Of a DNA stretch of 64,000 nucleotides, positions 1-9,028 are shown in pieces. Made by a program: the position numbers and the translations under genes. Under the pieces are notes generated by a model that worked only from the letters and a program-made list of their open reading frames with translations, was not told the DNA's origin and did no database searches. Numbering within the stretch: position 1 is the first letter of the stretch; each line of letters starts with the position of its first letter. Source of the stretch: Amphiscolops sp. MND2022 (lineage: Eukaryota); contig OZ076409.1 in the NCBI GenBank assembly GCA_964187785.1, positions 16,308,001 to 16,372,000 on the forward strand. The letters run 5' to 3'.

Positions 1-2718
1 CCAGCCTCGGCTGCACATCTGTTCACACACTATGATAAAAGGTATAATACATTTAGTCGTTTAGACTACTTTTTTACATCGAGTGTTGACTTCTCTCTCG
101 AAACTGAAGTCATTCCTTTTTCGGATCACAAGTTAATTAAGCTTTGTGAAGCGGCATCTTTTACTCCAGCAAACAGTCATTGGAAATTAAATGACAACAT
201 TCTGCAGTATCACCATGCAGTACGGGAGGTTTTGGTGAGTTCTATTGCATCCCGGTCTACGGATTCAGAGTGTATCCTATCGAACTATGATGTCATTAAA
301 AATCTTGTTAGGGATAAACTCCGTATCTTTTGTATCCAGAATCATAGACGTAATCTTTTTGAAGAAAATCACCTGAAAGAACTAATACTTGGTGCAGAGA
401 AATATCTACAAATTTTTGGCGTAGATTCCAAAACTATTTCTCGTCTTTCAGATTTAAATAAAAAATTGATGGAACTCCAGCACCAGAATGCTCGTAAATG
501 CCTTAAACAGGTGAAAATGTTTTATGTTGATGCCAATCATGGTGATCCTCAAGTTATTAAAAAACACCTTTCAAATATGAGAAAATCCGTACATATTTCT
601 CAAATACAAGACGACAATGGTGAGGTCTTGACTACTGATGAGCAGATTTTTGAAGCTTTTCATATGCATTACTCAGATCGTTTTTCCATTCCGCAGGTCA
701 ATATCAATAATGATTCCCATGTCAAGCAGCTGCAAGATGACATTATTGGTACTTTTTGTAGTGTTAAGAGATCTGATATTGAAAATATTCGCACTCTAAC
801 CAGAGACCGGGATATGATTAGTGAACAAGAAGTTATTAATGCCATTACCAAATTGAATTCTGAAAGTGCTCCTGGTCCTGATGGCCTCACTTCCAACTTT
901 TATAAAGCTCATCAGGAAGTTCTGAGTCCTCTACTCTGCAGGCTGTTTAACCAGATGGTTACTGATGGTTGGATGCCGCTATCTTTCTCCAGAGCCATTA
1001 TAAAACTGATTCCTAAAAAACCCAACGCCAATCGTGTTGAAGATTTTCGTCCCATCAGTCTTATTAATACAGACCAAAAAATACTCTCTCATATTTTGTC
1101 GGAACGAGTTCGCATTCCTGTTGATAAGCTTATTGGTCCCCACCAATCTGCTTATCTTCCTGGGCGTCACATACACTCTTCTTTATTGAAAGTCTCCTTA
1201 AACTTGGAAACCATGCCGTCAAATAATTCTCTCATCGCTATTGATTTTAGCAAAGCCTTTGATAAACTAAGTCGAACATTTATCTTTGCGTTATTAGAAA
1301 AAATTGGCTTGCACGAAAACACAGTCAAATTGATTCGCATCATGTATATGCATAATATTGCCTATCTTGACATCAATGGTCAACTCTCTCAACCTGTTCT
1401 TATGGAAAATGGAGTTAGGCAAGGCTGCCCTTTATCCGCGCTCATTTTTATTCTAGGCATTGAACCCCTTCTTCATGCAATTCAGCACTCCTTCAACATT
1501 AGATCGGATATGCCGTTTAAAATTATCTCGTATGCGGATGATCTTACTTGTGGTATTCACACTGATAATATTCAAGATCTTTTTGATATCATTGATACAT
1601 TTTCTGGCGTTACGAATTTATCTGTTAATCAATCTAAAACTGAAATTCTTACATTGAGTAGTCTTCGTCCTCCTCTCCAATCTTGTGACGTTGTTAAAAT
1701 ACTGGGTGTTCACTTTAGTTTGGGCAACTCTGCTAGACCTTTCTCTGACTTCATGAACTATGCGCAACGAAGTGGTCAGTATTGTAACAAATACAATACT
1801 CTAATAGCTCGTGCGCGAAATATTCATACATTTGTTATGCAAAAATTAGTTCATGAAATTCGCCATCTTTATGTCCTAAGGCCTCAATTAGACAAAATTG
1901 ATAGTATTTTCATTGATGCTATTTGGCTTGGCCGCAAACACAATCTAAGTAAATTTATTCTCCAGAGACCATGGTCGGCGATGGGTATTGGTCTTCGGAA
2001 TTTCCGTCAAACTATTGTTTCTTCCAAAATTATCGACTGCTTCAACTTTCTCTACGAAAACAATTTGCCCGATAATCTTAAACTGTTACTCCAATCTAGG
2101 TTTTTTAGAAATCTTAAATCCTTGTGTCGCACATTTAAATGCTCCATTTCCTTTCCAAACTCCACCACCTGTACTCTTTCTATTGATGACCGTCAACTTG
2201 TGATTTCCACCCCTCTTCCCACTAAAAAAATTTATCATTTTCTTACAGACCGGTCAACTTCGGCAGCTTTTTGCCGAATCTCTAGTATGGCAGAGAAATT
2301 ATCTGTTCCTGCTTTTTCTATCTTTTCCTTCATCCGTCACTTGTGGAAGCATCCCTCGTATGCTGCTTTCGAGAAAAATTATTTATATCTGTTTTTCCTT
2401 AATTGCTACTTAGAGAAAACCAAAAAACAAGATTTGGGCTTAGTGTTTTCAGCTCATTGCTGTTTTTGTGGTGTTGAAGACGAAACCTTCTCACATCTTA
2501 TTACTGAATGTCAGCATATTCCATCTCTCAATTTCTTTAAAACTCCTAGTGATTGCTGTCTAGATTTTCAAAACATGAATGCAATTTACCCTTTCAAACG
2601 TCTGATAGCTCTCCTAATTTCCTCATGGAGCGAAGATCCGCTCAGATTCTCTAAGTATTTTTTGAATTGTGTCTCCTTAAGGCATCCAACCATTCTTAAC
2701 CATCAGGCTGTAACGTAA
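1..2718 (+). CDS. Family A ORF2, partial (end of APE endonuclease, reverse transcriptase, C-terminal Cys/His finger); open throughout the visible part
   Basis: Frame open from base 1; SRLDY and FSDHK (APE), SAPGPDG, FRPISLIN, IDFSKAFD, GVRQGCPLS, YADD (1531), CCFC..H..C. Confidence 0.95.
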   Translation, partial: PASAAHLFTHYDKRYNTFSRLDYFFTSSVDFSLETEVIPFSDHKLIKLCEAASFTPANSHWKLNDNILQYHHAVREVLVSSIASRSTDSECILSNYDVIKNLVRDKLRIFCIQNHRRNLFEENHLKELILGAEKYLQIFGVDSKTISRLSDLNKKLMELQHQNARKCLKQVKMFYVDANHGDPQVIKKHLSNMRKSVHISQIQDDNGEVLTTDEQIFEAFHMHYSDRFSIPQVNINNDSHVKQLQDDIIGTFCSVKRSDIENIRTLTRDRDMISEQEVINAITKLNSESAPGPDGLTSNFYKAHQEVLSPLLCRLFNQMVTDGWMPLSFSRAIIKLIPKKPNANRVEDFRPISLINTDQKILSHILSERVRIPVDKLIGPHQSAYLPGRHIHSSLLKVSLNLETMPSNNSLIAIDFSKAFDKLSRTFIFALLEKIGLHENTVKLIRIMYMHNIAYLDINGQLSQPVLMENGVRQGCPLSALIFILGIEPLLHAIQHSFNIRSDMPFKIISYADDLTCGIHTDNIQDLFDIIDTFSGVTNLSVNQSKTEILTLSSLRPPLQSCDVVKILGVHFSLGNSARPFSDFMNYAQRSGQYCNKYNTLIARARNIHTFVMQKLVHEIRHLYVLRPQLDKIDSIFIDAIWLGRKHNLSKFILQRPWSAMGIGLRNFRQTIVSSKIIDCFNFLYENNLPDNLKLLLQSRFFRNLKSLCRTFKCSISFPNSTTCTLSIDDRQLVISTPLPTKKIYHFLTDRSTSAAFCRISSMAEKLSVPAFSIFSFIRHLWKHPSYAAFEKNYLYLFFLNCYLEKTKKQDLGLVFSAHCCFCGVEDETFSHLITECQHIPSLNFFKTPSDCCLDFQNMNAIYPFKRLIALLISSWSEDPLRFSKYFLNCVSLRHPTILNHQAVT

Positions 2719-2864
2719 CTAAGTTCAATTATATTTATATCTTGCAACCAATGAACCATTCACTTACTTTGATTAGCTACTGAATTGTCTGAATTATGAA
2801 CTTGGTCTACGCTATTTGATTGATTCATTTGTTCCTACTGATTTACTGTAATTAATTCTTTAAA
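1..2864 (+). mobile_element. Family A L1/Tx1-type non-LTR retrotransposon, copy A1 (5' part outside window)
   Basis: Near-identical to the 3' part of 9946-14879; ends ATTCTTTAAA followed by SL exon AGCCTAATTG. Confidence 0.95.
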
Positions 2865-2865
2865 A

Positions 2866-3000
2866 GCCTAATTGTTGTGATAAACTTATTAAATAGGTAA
2901 GTATTCCAACCCTATTGATAAGTTTTATTTGAAAGCAGACTGCGAAAGTGGTCTGCTGCCCAATTTTTGAACAAGGAACAAGCTAGTCTGCACTAACTTA
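2866..3000 (+). ncRNA. SL RNA sequence regenerated by TSD downstream of A1 (separated from its upstream flank)
   Basis: Exon 2866-2896, GT at 2897, Sm site 2962-2970. Confidence 0.75.
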
Positions 3001-3064
3001 AAAGTTACGCGTATTTTGACCGAGAAAATTTTCGTATCATTGTACGTAATTTTGTTGTTAAGCA

Positions 3065-3070
3065 TATAAA
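3065..3070 (+). promoter_or_regulatory. TATA-like element upstream of 5S (present in every unit)
   Basis: TATAAA at -27..-22 relative to the 5S start. Confidence 0.6.
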
Positions 3071-3091
3071 GCTATTGATTCTACAATGATC

Positions 3092-3210
3092 GACTACGAC
3101 CATACCATGTTGAATGCACCGGTTCTCGTCCGATCACCGAAGTTAAACAACATAGGGCCTGGTTAGTACTTGGATGGGAGACCGCTTGGGAACACCAGGT
3201 GTTGTAGCCT
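3092..3210 (+). rRNA. 5S rRNA: 5S rRNA (G>A at position 2 in this copy)
   Basis: Canonical eukaryotic 5S: CTACGACCATACC...CCGATCACCGAAGTTAA...TTAGTACTTGGATGGGAGACCGCTTGGGAACACCAGGTGTTGTAGCCT plus T-run. Confidence 0.98.
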
Positions 3211-3215
3211 TTTTT
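3210..3215 (+). terminator. Pol III terminator of 5S (every unit)
   Basis: T6 run at the 5S 3' end. Confidence 0.85.
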
Positions 3216-3220
3216 GTCAG

Positions 3221-3460
3221 AAATGTGGTTTAACTTCGGTGACAGTTTTGCAAAAGGGGTCAAATTGAAAAGATAGCAAAAAACGGACAACGCCATTAGA
3301 AAGAGCGTCCAAAAAAACCCCCATGCTGAAATTTTCGCCGCCATCACTTGAATTTTCATTGAGTTATGTCATTTTTACTATTTTCACAAAATGTGGTTTA
3401 ACTTCGGTGACAGTTTTGCAAAAGGGGTCAAAATGAACAGATAGCAAAAAACGGACAACG
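3221..3460. repeat. 72-bp direct subrepeat in the spacer (3221-3292 and 3389-3460; every unit)
   Basis: AAATGTGGTTTAACTTCGGTGACAG...CGGACAACG twice with 2 mismatches, 168-bp offset. Confidence 0.9.
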
Positions 3461-3769
3461 GCACTGGAAAGAGGGCCCAAAATTACCCCTAAAACGTGTT
3501 TTTCACACTCCTGAGTCGACTTTTGATAATACATGGAATTTCATTTTTAAGCTTACTAATTTATGCTTTTCAGCATACATTTTCGTAATAGAGTCAAAAT
3601 TTTGCTTTCTCACAATTTTTCTGGAATATTTTTGTTTCATCAGATGTCAATAACTTGAAACGTCGTCTTTTCATGAGAATTTCTCCTCAAAACAAGTTGT
3701 TGGCTGGTAATGGTAAGTCCGTACCGCAGATAGGACTCTCGCGCTCCAAAAATTGACTCTTTGCTTTTA

Positions 3770-3904
3770 GCCTAATTGTTGTGATAAACTTATTAAATAG
3801 GTAAGTATTCCAACGCTATTGATAAGTTTTATTTGAAAGCAGACTGCGAAAGTGGTCTGCTGCCCAATTTTTGAACAAGGAACAAGCTAGTCTGCACTAA
3901 CTTA
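3770..3904 (+). ncRNA. SL RNA gene, uninterrupted (ends approximate; the 5' end may extend to ACTCTTT about 14 nt upstream)
   Basis: AG|GTAAG donor in a long hairpin, GCAGACTGC-GAAA-GTGGTCTGC hairpin, Sm site AATTTTTGA, terminal hairpin; linked to 5S. Confidence 0.85.
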
Positions 3905-3995
3905 AAAGTTACGCGTATTTTGACCGAGAAAATTTTCGTATCATTGTACGTAATTTTGTTGTTAAGCATATAAAGCTATTGATTCTACAATGATC

Positions 3996-4114
3996 GGCTA
4001 CGACCATACCATGTTGAATGCACCGGTTCTCGTCCGATCACCGAAGTTAAACAACATAGGGCCTGGTTAGTACTTGGATGGGAGACCGCTTGGGAACACC
4101 AGGTGTTGTAGCCT
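3996..4114 (+). rRNA. 5S rRNA: 5S rRNA
   Basis: Canonical 5S sequence plus T6 terminator. Confidence 0.98.
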
Positions 4115-4689
4115 TTTTTGTCAGAAATGTGGTTTAACTTCGGTGACAGTTTTGCAAAAGGGGTCAAATTGAAAAGATAGCAAAAAACGGACAACGCCAT
4201 TAGAAAGAGCGTCCAAAAAAAACCCATGCTGAAATTTTCGCCGCCATCACTTGAATTTTCATTGAGTTATGTCATTTTTACTATTTTCACAAAATGTGGT
4301 TTAACTTCGGTGACAGTTTTGCAAAAGGGGTCAAAATGAACAGATAGCAAAAAACGGACAACGGCACTGGAAAGAGGGCCCAAAATTACCCCTAAAACGT
4401 GTTTTTCACACTCCTGAGTCGACTTTTGATAATACATGGAATTTCATTTTTAAGCTTACTAATTTATGCTTTTCAGCATACATTTTCGTAATAGAGTCAA
4501 AATTTTGCTTTCTCACAATTTTTCTGGAATATTTTTGTTTCATCAGATGTCAATAACTTGAAACGTCGTCTTTTCATGAGAATTTCTCCTCAAAACAAGT
4601 TGTTGGCTGGTAATGGTAAGTCCGTACCGCAGATAGGACTCTCGCGCTCCAAAAATTGACTCTTTGCTTTTAGCCTAATTGTTGTGATA

Positions 4690-6123
4690 CTGCGGTAGCA
4701 GCAATTATTTGACCAAATTCATTCTCTCTCGCATCTGCTGAGGCAGGGACGATTATCTCACTTGAAAGAATGCCTAATTTCCTTACATTGGACTTTATAA
4801 TACCTTACTCCAAAGAAGAAATTACTAATCCTTCTCTAAAGCTTGTTACTTACAAAAGCTTTCTTTGCTCGTTACTTAAATGTTTACCTAGTGACGCTGT
4901 TAAACGCGTGACCTGCATGAAATTGCACGTGTACAAACATGCGCCGCACGAAAAGAAACTTGAGAGCGTCAAAGTTATCGGTCCAATTTCATTACAAAAC
5001 GAGTTTAATTCCATTATTTCTGATGGAATTTTGTTCAAAAATCGCAAGATTTATGCTCTACAAAACCACGATGTTACGTCCAATGCTTACCCCAAGCAAT
5101 TTACGATCAAATTTCGTATTTTACCACACTTCTTTCCTGATACCGATGTTATTTCGGCTTGCAATTTGAAAGATTTCAAACTTTCAAAGTTACGACACCA
5201 ATTAGAGAAACTTTCTGAGGAAATTGAAACCTACACAGGCATTTGTTATGCGGATGTGGAAATCCAGGACGAAGCCCAATTACAACAGCTCATTTCATGG
5301 AATGAAACCAGCTTTTTGAACAAATACTATCTAGAAGAAATTCCATTTAAATGCCAAATTCAAACATTACTACAATGCGATTTCTGCAGACAAAAGAAGC
5401 TCCAGTTTTTGGGGCACCATGTACGCCAATGCAAAGCCAAAAAGACACAATTAGAACCAGAATCTGAGGAAGATAGCATCTCAACCACGAAAACAAATGA
5501 AGAAAAAGAACTAGAAGCCACAGATGCAAACAAGAATAACACAGAACATACTTTCTATATTGATTTAGAAAAATGCCAAATTCGAAACATACATGACATG
5601 GACGAACTCCATAAAGGATTTAGCAAGCTTCTTGCTTTACAGGAATGCAAGCCTGTGAATGTCTTGAATGACAACAATGTAGTGAAAAACCAACTACGAC
5701 ATGTGAAGAATATTACTGAAGAAAAACAGCGGAAGCTTTTCAAACAACAAAACAGATGGGGAAGTCCTTCATCAGACGTCCCAATCAAGAACTTCTCAGA
5801 GTTTTGTGAACTCCGGGGAAAGCTAGATGTGTTCTACGACTCAACAAAAGGCGAAGAAACCCTTTACCTGATGAACCTATCCAAGAAAGTGACCCACATT
5901 TTCAAAAAGAAACAACAACCAAACTAACAAAACTACATTATACTAATTTTCAAACTTTGATTTCCATGTTAAATCAAAACTCTCATATTATACAATCATC
6001 ACCAACCAAGTCTTTCATTTACTCAATACTATAAGTATGCTAAGTTATTCATACTCAACACTTTAGTATTAATGTAAAGACTATTTGATTTATAAAGGCA
6101 AATTTCCAAATACATTCTTTAAA
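4690..6123 (+). mobile_element. Family B ORF1-only (HAL1-like) non-autonomous element, copy B1 (1.43 kb)
   Basis: 18-bp TSD AGCCTAATTGTTGTGATA (4672-4689 and from 6124); single ORF; no RT; 3' end ATTCTTTAAA. Confidence 0.9.
4770..5927 (+). CDS. Family B ORF1-like protein (385 aa) with extra C-terminal domain
   Basis: YPK..IKFR.LPHF, YTG, CDFC-X9-H-HVRQ-C align with the ORF1s of A/C/D/E. Confidence 0.85.
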   Translation: MPNFLTLDFIIPYSKEEITNPSLKLVTYKSFLCSLLKCLPSDAVKRVTCMKLHVYKHAPHEKKLESVKVIGPISLQNEFNSIISDGILFKNRKIYALQNHDVTSNAYPKQFTIKFRILPHFFPDTDVISACNLKDFKLSKLRHQLEKLSEEIETYTGICYADVEIQDEAQLQQLISWNETSFLNKYYLEEIPFKCQIQTLLQCDFCRQKKLQFLGHHVRQCKAKKTQLEPESEEDSISTTKTNEEKELEATDANKNNTEHTFYIDLEKCQIRNIHDMDELHKGFSKLLALQECKPVNVLNDNNVVKNQLRHVKNITEEKQRKLFKQQNRWGSPSSDVPIKNFSEFCELRGKLDVFYDSTKGEETLYLMNLSKKVTHIFKKKQQPN

Positions 6124-6124
6124 A

Positions 6125-6259
6125 GCCTAATTGTTGTGATAAACTTATTAAATAGGTAAGTATTCCAACCCTATTGATAAGTTTTATTTGAAAGCAGACT
6201 GCGAAAGTGGTCTGCTGCCCAATTTTTGAACAAGGAACAAGCTAGTCTGCACTAACTTA
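6125..6259 (+). ncRNA. SL RNA sequence downstream of B1
   Basis: Same SL sequence. Confidence 0.75.
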
Positions 6260-6350
6260 AAAGTTACGCGTATTTTGACCGAGAAAATTTTCGTATCATT
6301 GTACGTAATTTTGTTGTTAAGCATATAAAGCTATTGATTCTACAATGATC

Positions 6351-6469
6351 GGCTACGACCATACCATGTTGAATGCACCGGTTCTCGTCCGATCACCGAA
6401 GTTAAACAACATAGGGCCTGGTTAGTACTTGGATGGGAGACCGCTTGGGAACACCAGGTGTTGTAGCCT
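6351..6469 (+). rRNA. 5S rRNA: 5S rRNA
   Basis: Same sequence. Confidence 0.98.
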
Positions 6470-7045
6470 TTTTTGTCAGAAATGTGGTTTAACTTCGGTG
6501 ACAGTTTTGCAAAAGGGGTCAAATTGAAAAGATAGCAAAAAACGGACAACGCCATTAGAAAGAGCGTCCAAAAAAACCCCCATGCTGAAATTTTCGCCGC
6601 CATCACTTGAATTTTCATTGAGTTATGTCATTTTTACTATTTTCACAAAATGTGGTTTAACTTCGGTGACAGTTTTGCAAAAGGGGTCAAAATGAACAGA
6701 TAGCAAAAAACGGACAACGGCACTGGAAAGAGGGCCCAAAATTACCCCTAAAACGTGTTTTTCACACTCCTGAGTCGACTTTTGATAATACATGGAATTT
6801 CATTTTTAAGCTTACTAATTTATGCTTTTCAGCATACATTTTCGTAATAGAGTCAAAATTTTGCTTTCTCACAATTTTTCTGGAATATTTTTGTTTCATC
6901 AGATGTCAATAACTTGAAACGTCGTCTTTTCATGAGAATTTCTCCTCAAAACAAGTTGTTGGCTGGTAATGGTAAGTCCGTACCGCAGATAGGACTCTCG
7001 CGCTCCAAAAATTGACTCTTTGCTTTTAGCCTAATTGTTGTGATA

Positions 7046-9027
7046 CGGCGTTACTCTGTCAGCCTGCAAACTTTGTTTGCACAGCGCCATCTTGCAAATT
7101 TTGCAGCAAAAGTTGCAAAAGTAATGACTAATTTGAACACGAGTGAGCTTGATCAACATCATAATGAAAATGTTGAGCAAAATTGTTACAAAAATGCAGT
7201 TATTTCCTTGTCGAAATCGAACTCAAATATGGACAAATTACCAATTATTATCAACTTTGCCTTACCACTGACATCTGAAATGTTCAAAAACAGCAAATTA
7301 CTGGATTCAATGTTTGTGGAAGCTGTTATGGCCGTCAAAAACCGACTTAACTCCAATGAAATTACCATCTTCAAAACTACAATTTTACGCAACAAAGGCA
7401 ATTTGAAGTGTATTACTGTGATCATTCCTTACAAACTTGAAAATGCAGCTTCCTCTCTTATTCACGAGGGCATTACTCTTCGCAATCGGAAAATACGGCC
7501 TTATTCTGTCAATTATTCCAACCCGAACAACAATGTCTATCCAAAAAGATTACCAATATCTTTCCGAAACCTACCACACTTTCTGACGGATGAGGATATT
7601 TTGAGTAGCTGTGGTCTTCAAAACTTCAAATTTAGTAGCAAAATTTTTCATCAACAACGACGACTTCCTGATAGCAGCCTTTTTTATACAGGAGAGGCAA
7701 GAATTACAGTTTTAATTGACAATGAGAATGAGGAAAGTTTACTACAAAACTGGGCCAATAATGCATATGACAAAATGTTTAGTTCCAGTGGCATTTTTTT
7801 CAAATGTTGCTGTATCCCACTCCTCGAATGCTCTTTATGCGTCAATGAGAACCTTCCCAGTGCTCATCAACAATCAAGATGCCCAAAACAACTATCAGAC
7901 GAACAGCAAATACAGAAAAACAGTGAATCTCAGAACCAGAAGTTAACAACTGACTACGTTATGGAAACTGCAGAAACAGAGCCAATGTCTAATGAACCTG
8001 AACTGTCAGATTCAGATGATGCTGAACCAATCTCAAAGGCACCAAAGCAGACCGATGATGGTACTGAAACCGAATGCAACAACAACGTGGCAGAAACTGA
8101 ACAACCATGCATTAACAACTCAAAGAAAGATACCATTCCTATGCAAAAACCTAAACTAATGCATCGCTCAACTGAATGGAAATCCTCAACAGACCTTGCC
8201 CGAAATCAAGCAGATGACCAACAGTCAACGGCAAAGCATGGATATCATGAATACCCATTCTTTTTGGAAAAGAAACAAAACAAAATACTGGCACCCGAAA
8301 CTATTTTCAACGAAATACCTCCTATAAAAGAACATGTGATCAAAACCCAACAAACTTCTGGCTACATCAATACACTAGACAAGGAAAAGAAAATTCAAAG
8401 GACCTTTTCACTCGTACAACCACTGAAGAAAGAAAAACTCGAAGATCTTTTATCTGAATCAAACTGGAAACATTCTGACTCTAACACTATTTTAACTTCT
8501 CATTTTGAATTTTACTCATTGATCCGGAAGTTTGATCCATTCTATGATGCTACAAACCACCAAATTTACACTATTAATCTGGAGAATAAAATTGTACAAG
8601 TTTTCACTGCAGTTGAAAACTTATACAATGAAAACAAAAACTAAACTGAAAAATTTCGGACCTTTTTGACTGGAACTTTAAAGTTCTAAATCTCTACAAT
8701 ACCATCATCAATCAACCCAATTCCCAATTCTTTTCGAGCACTAGTTGTTCGCAACCTGTATGCAAAAAACGGGTTTTGAAAACAAACTCCTTCCAGGAGC
8801 AAACATCTTTTTTTCATACATTCTCCAAACTACATTATACTAACTTCATACCTAAAAAAAAACATTCCCATTTTGGCGCTTTCTCAAAAATGCCATAACC
8901 AAGCATCTTCATCTACATACTTCAGCTTTTTCAACACTTCAGTTACTCATAAACTCATTTTATACCTATACCTTAGACTTCATTACTTTTTACTTGTAAA
9001 TTCTCAGTTTTCAATAAATTCTTTAAA
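7046..9027 (+). mobile_element. Family C ORF1-only non-autonomous element, copy C1 (1.98 kb)
   Basis: 18-bp TSD AGCCTAATTGTTGTGATA; single ORF; 3' end AATAAATTCTTTAAA. Confidence 0.9.
7124..8644 (+). CDS. Family C ORF1-like protein (506 aa from first ATG) with extra C-terminal domain
   Basis: YPKRLPISFRNLPHF, FYTGEARI, CSLC-X8-H-QQSR-C; the ORF-track start at 7040 is a GTG inside the TSD. Confidence 0.85.
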   Translation: MTNLNTSELDQHHNENVEQNCYKNAVISLSKSNSNMDKLPIIINFALPLTSEMFKNSKLLDSMFVEAVMAVKNRLNSNEITIFKTTILRNKGNLKCITVIIPYKLENAASSLIHEGITLRNRKIRPYSVNYSNPNNNVYPKRLPISFRNLPHFLTDEDILSSCGLQNFKFSSKIFHQQRRLPDSSLFYTGEARITVLIDNENEESLLQNWANNAYDKMFSSSGIFFKCCCIPLLECSLCVNENLPSAHQQSRCPKQLSDEQQIQKNSESQNQKLTTDYVMETAETEPMSNEPELSDSDDAEPISKAPKQTDDGTETECNNNVAETEQPCINNSKKDTIPMQKPKLMHRSTEWKSSTDLARNQADDQQSTAKHGYHEYPFFLEKKQNKILAPETIFNEIPPIKEHVIKTQQTSGYINTLDKEKKIQRTFSLVQPLKKEKLEDLLSESNWKHSDSNTILTSHFEFYSLIRKFDPFYDATNHQIYTINLENKIVQVFTAVENLYNENKN

Positions 9028-9028
9028 A

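Noticed and set aside
669..2203. Short overlapping or antisense ORFs inside the elements (60-126 aa) and in the C 3'UTR
   Set aside because: Shadows of the main ORFs or of AT-rich UTRs; they recur only because the elements repeat, and the UTR ones vary in frame between copies
3092..3210. Elements as Mutsu-like 5S-targeting retrotransposons or 5S-derived SINE3
   Set aside because: All 24 5S genes are full length and uninterrupted; insertions lie about 225 bp upstream, in the SL exon
3081..3359. Repeated 80-92 aa minus-strand ORF (24 copies, ...KGYNTWCSQAVSHPST...)
   Set aside because: It is the antisense reading of 5S rRNA plus spacer, and is frameshifted in several copies at a homopolymer
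7040..7123. GTG-initiated N-terminal extension of the family C (and E) ORF starting in the SL exon
   Set aside because: Artefact of an ORF caller allowing bacterial start codons; the first ATG at 7124 is preferred, and B has no equivalent extension
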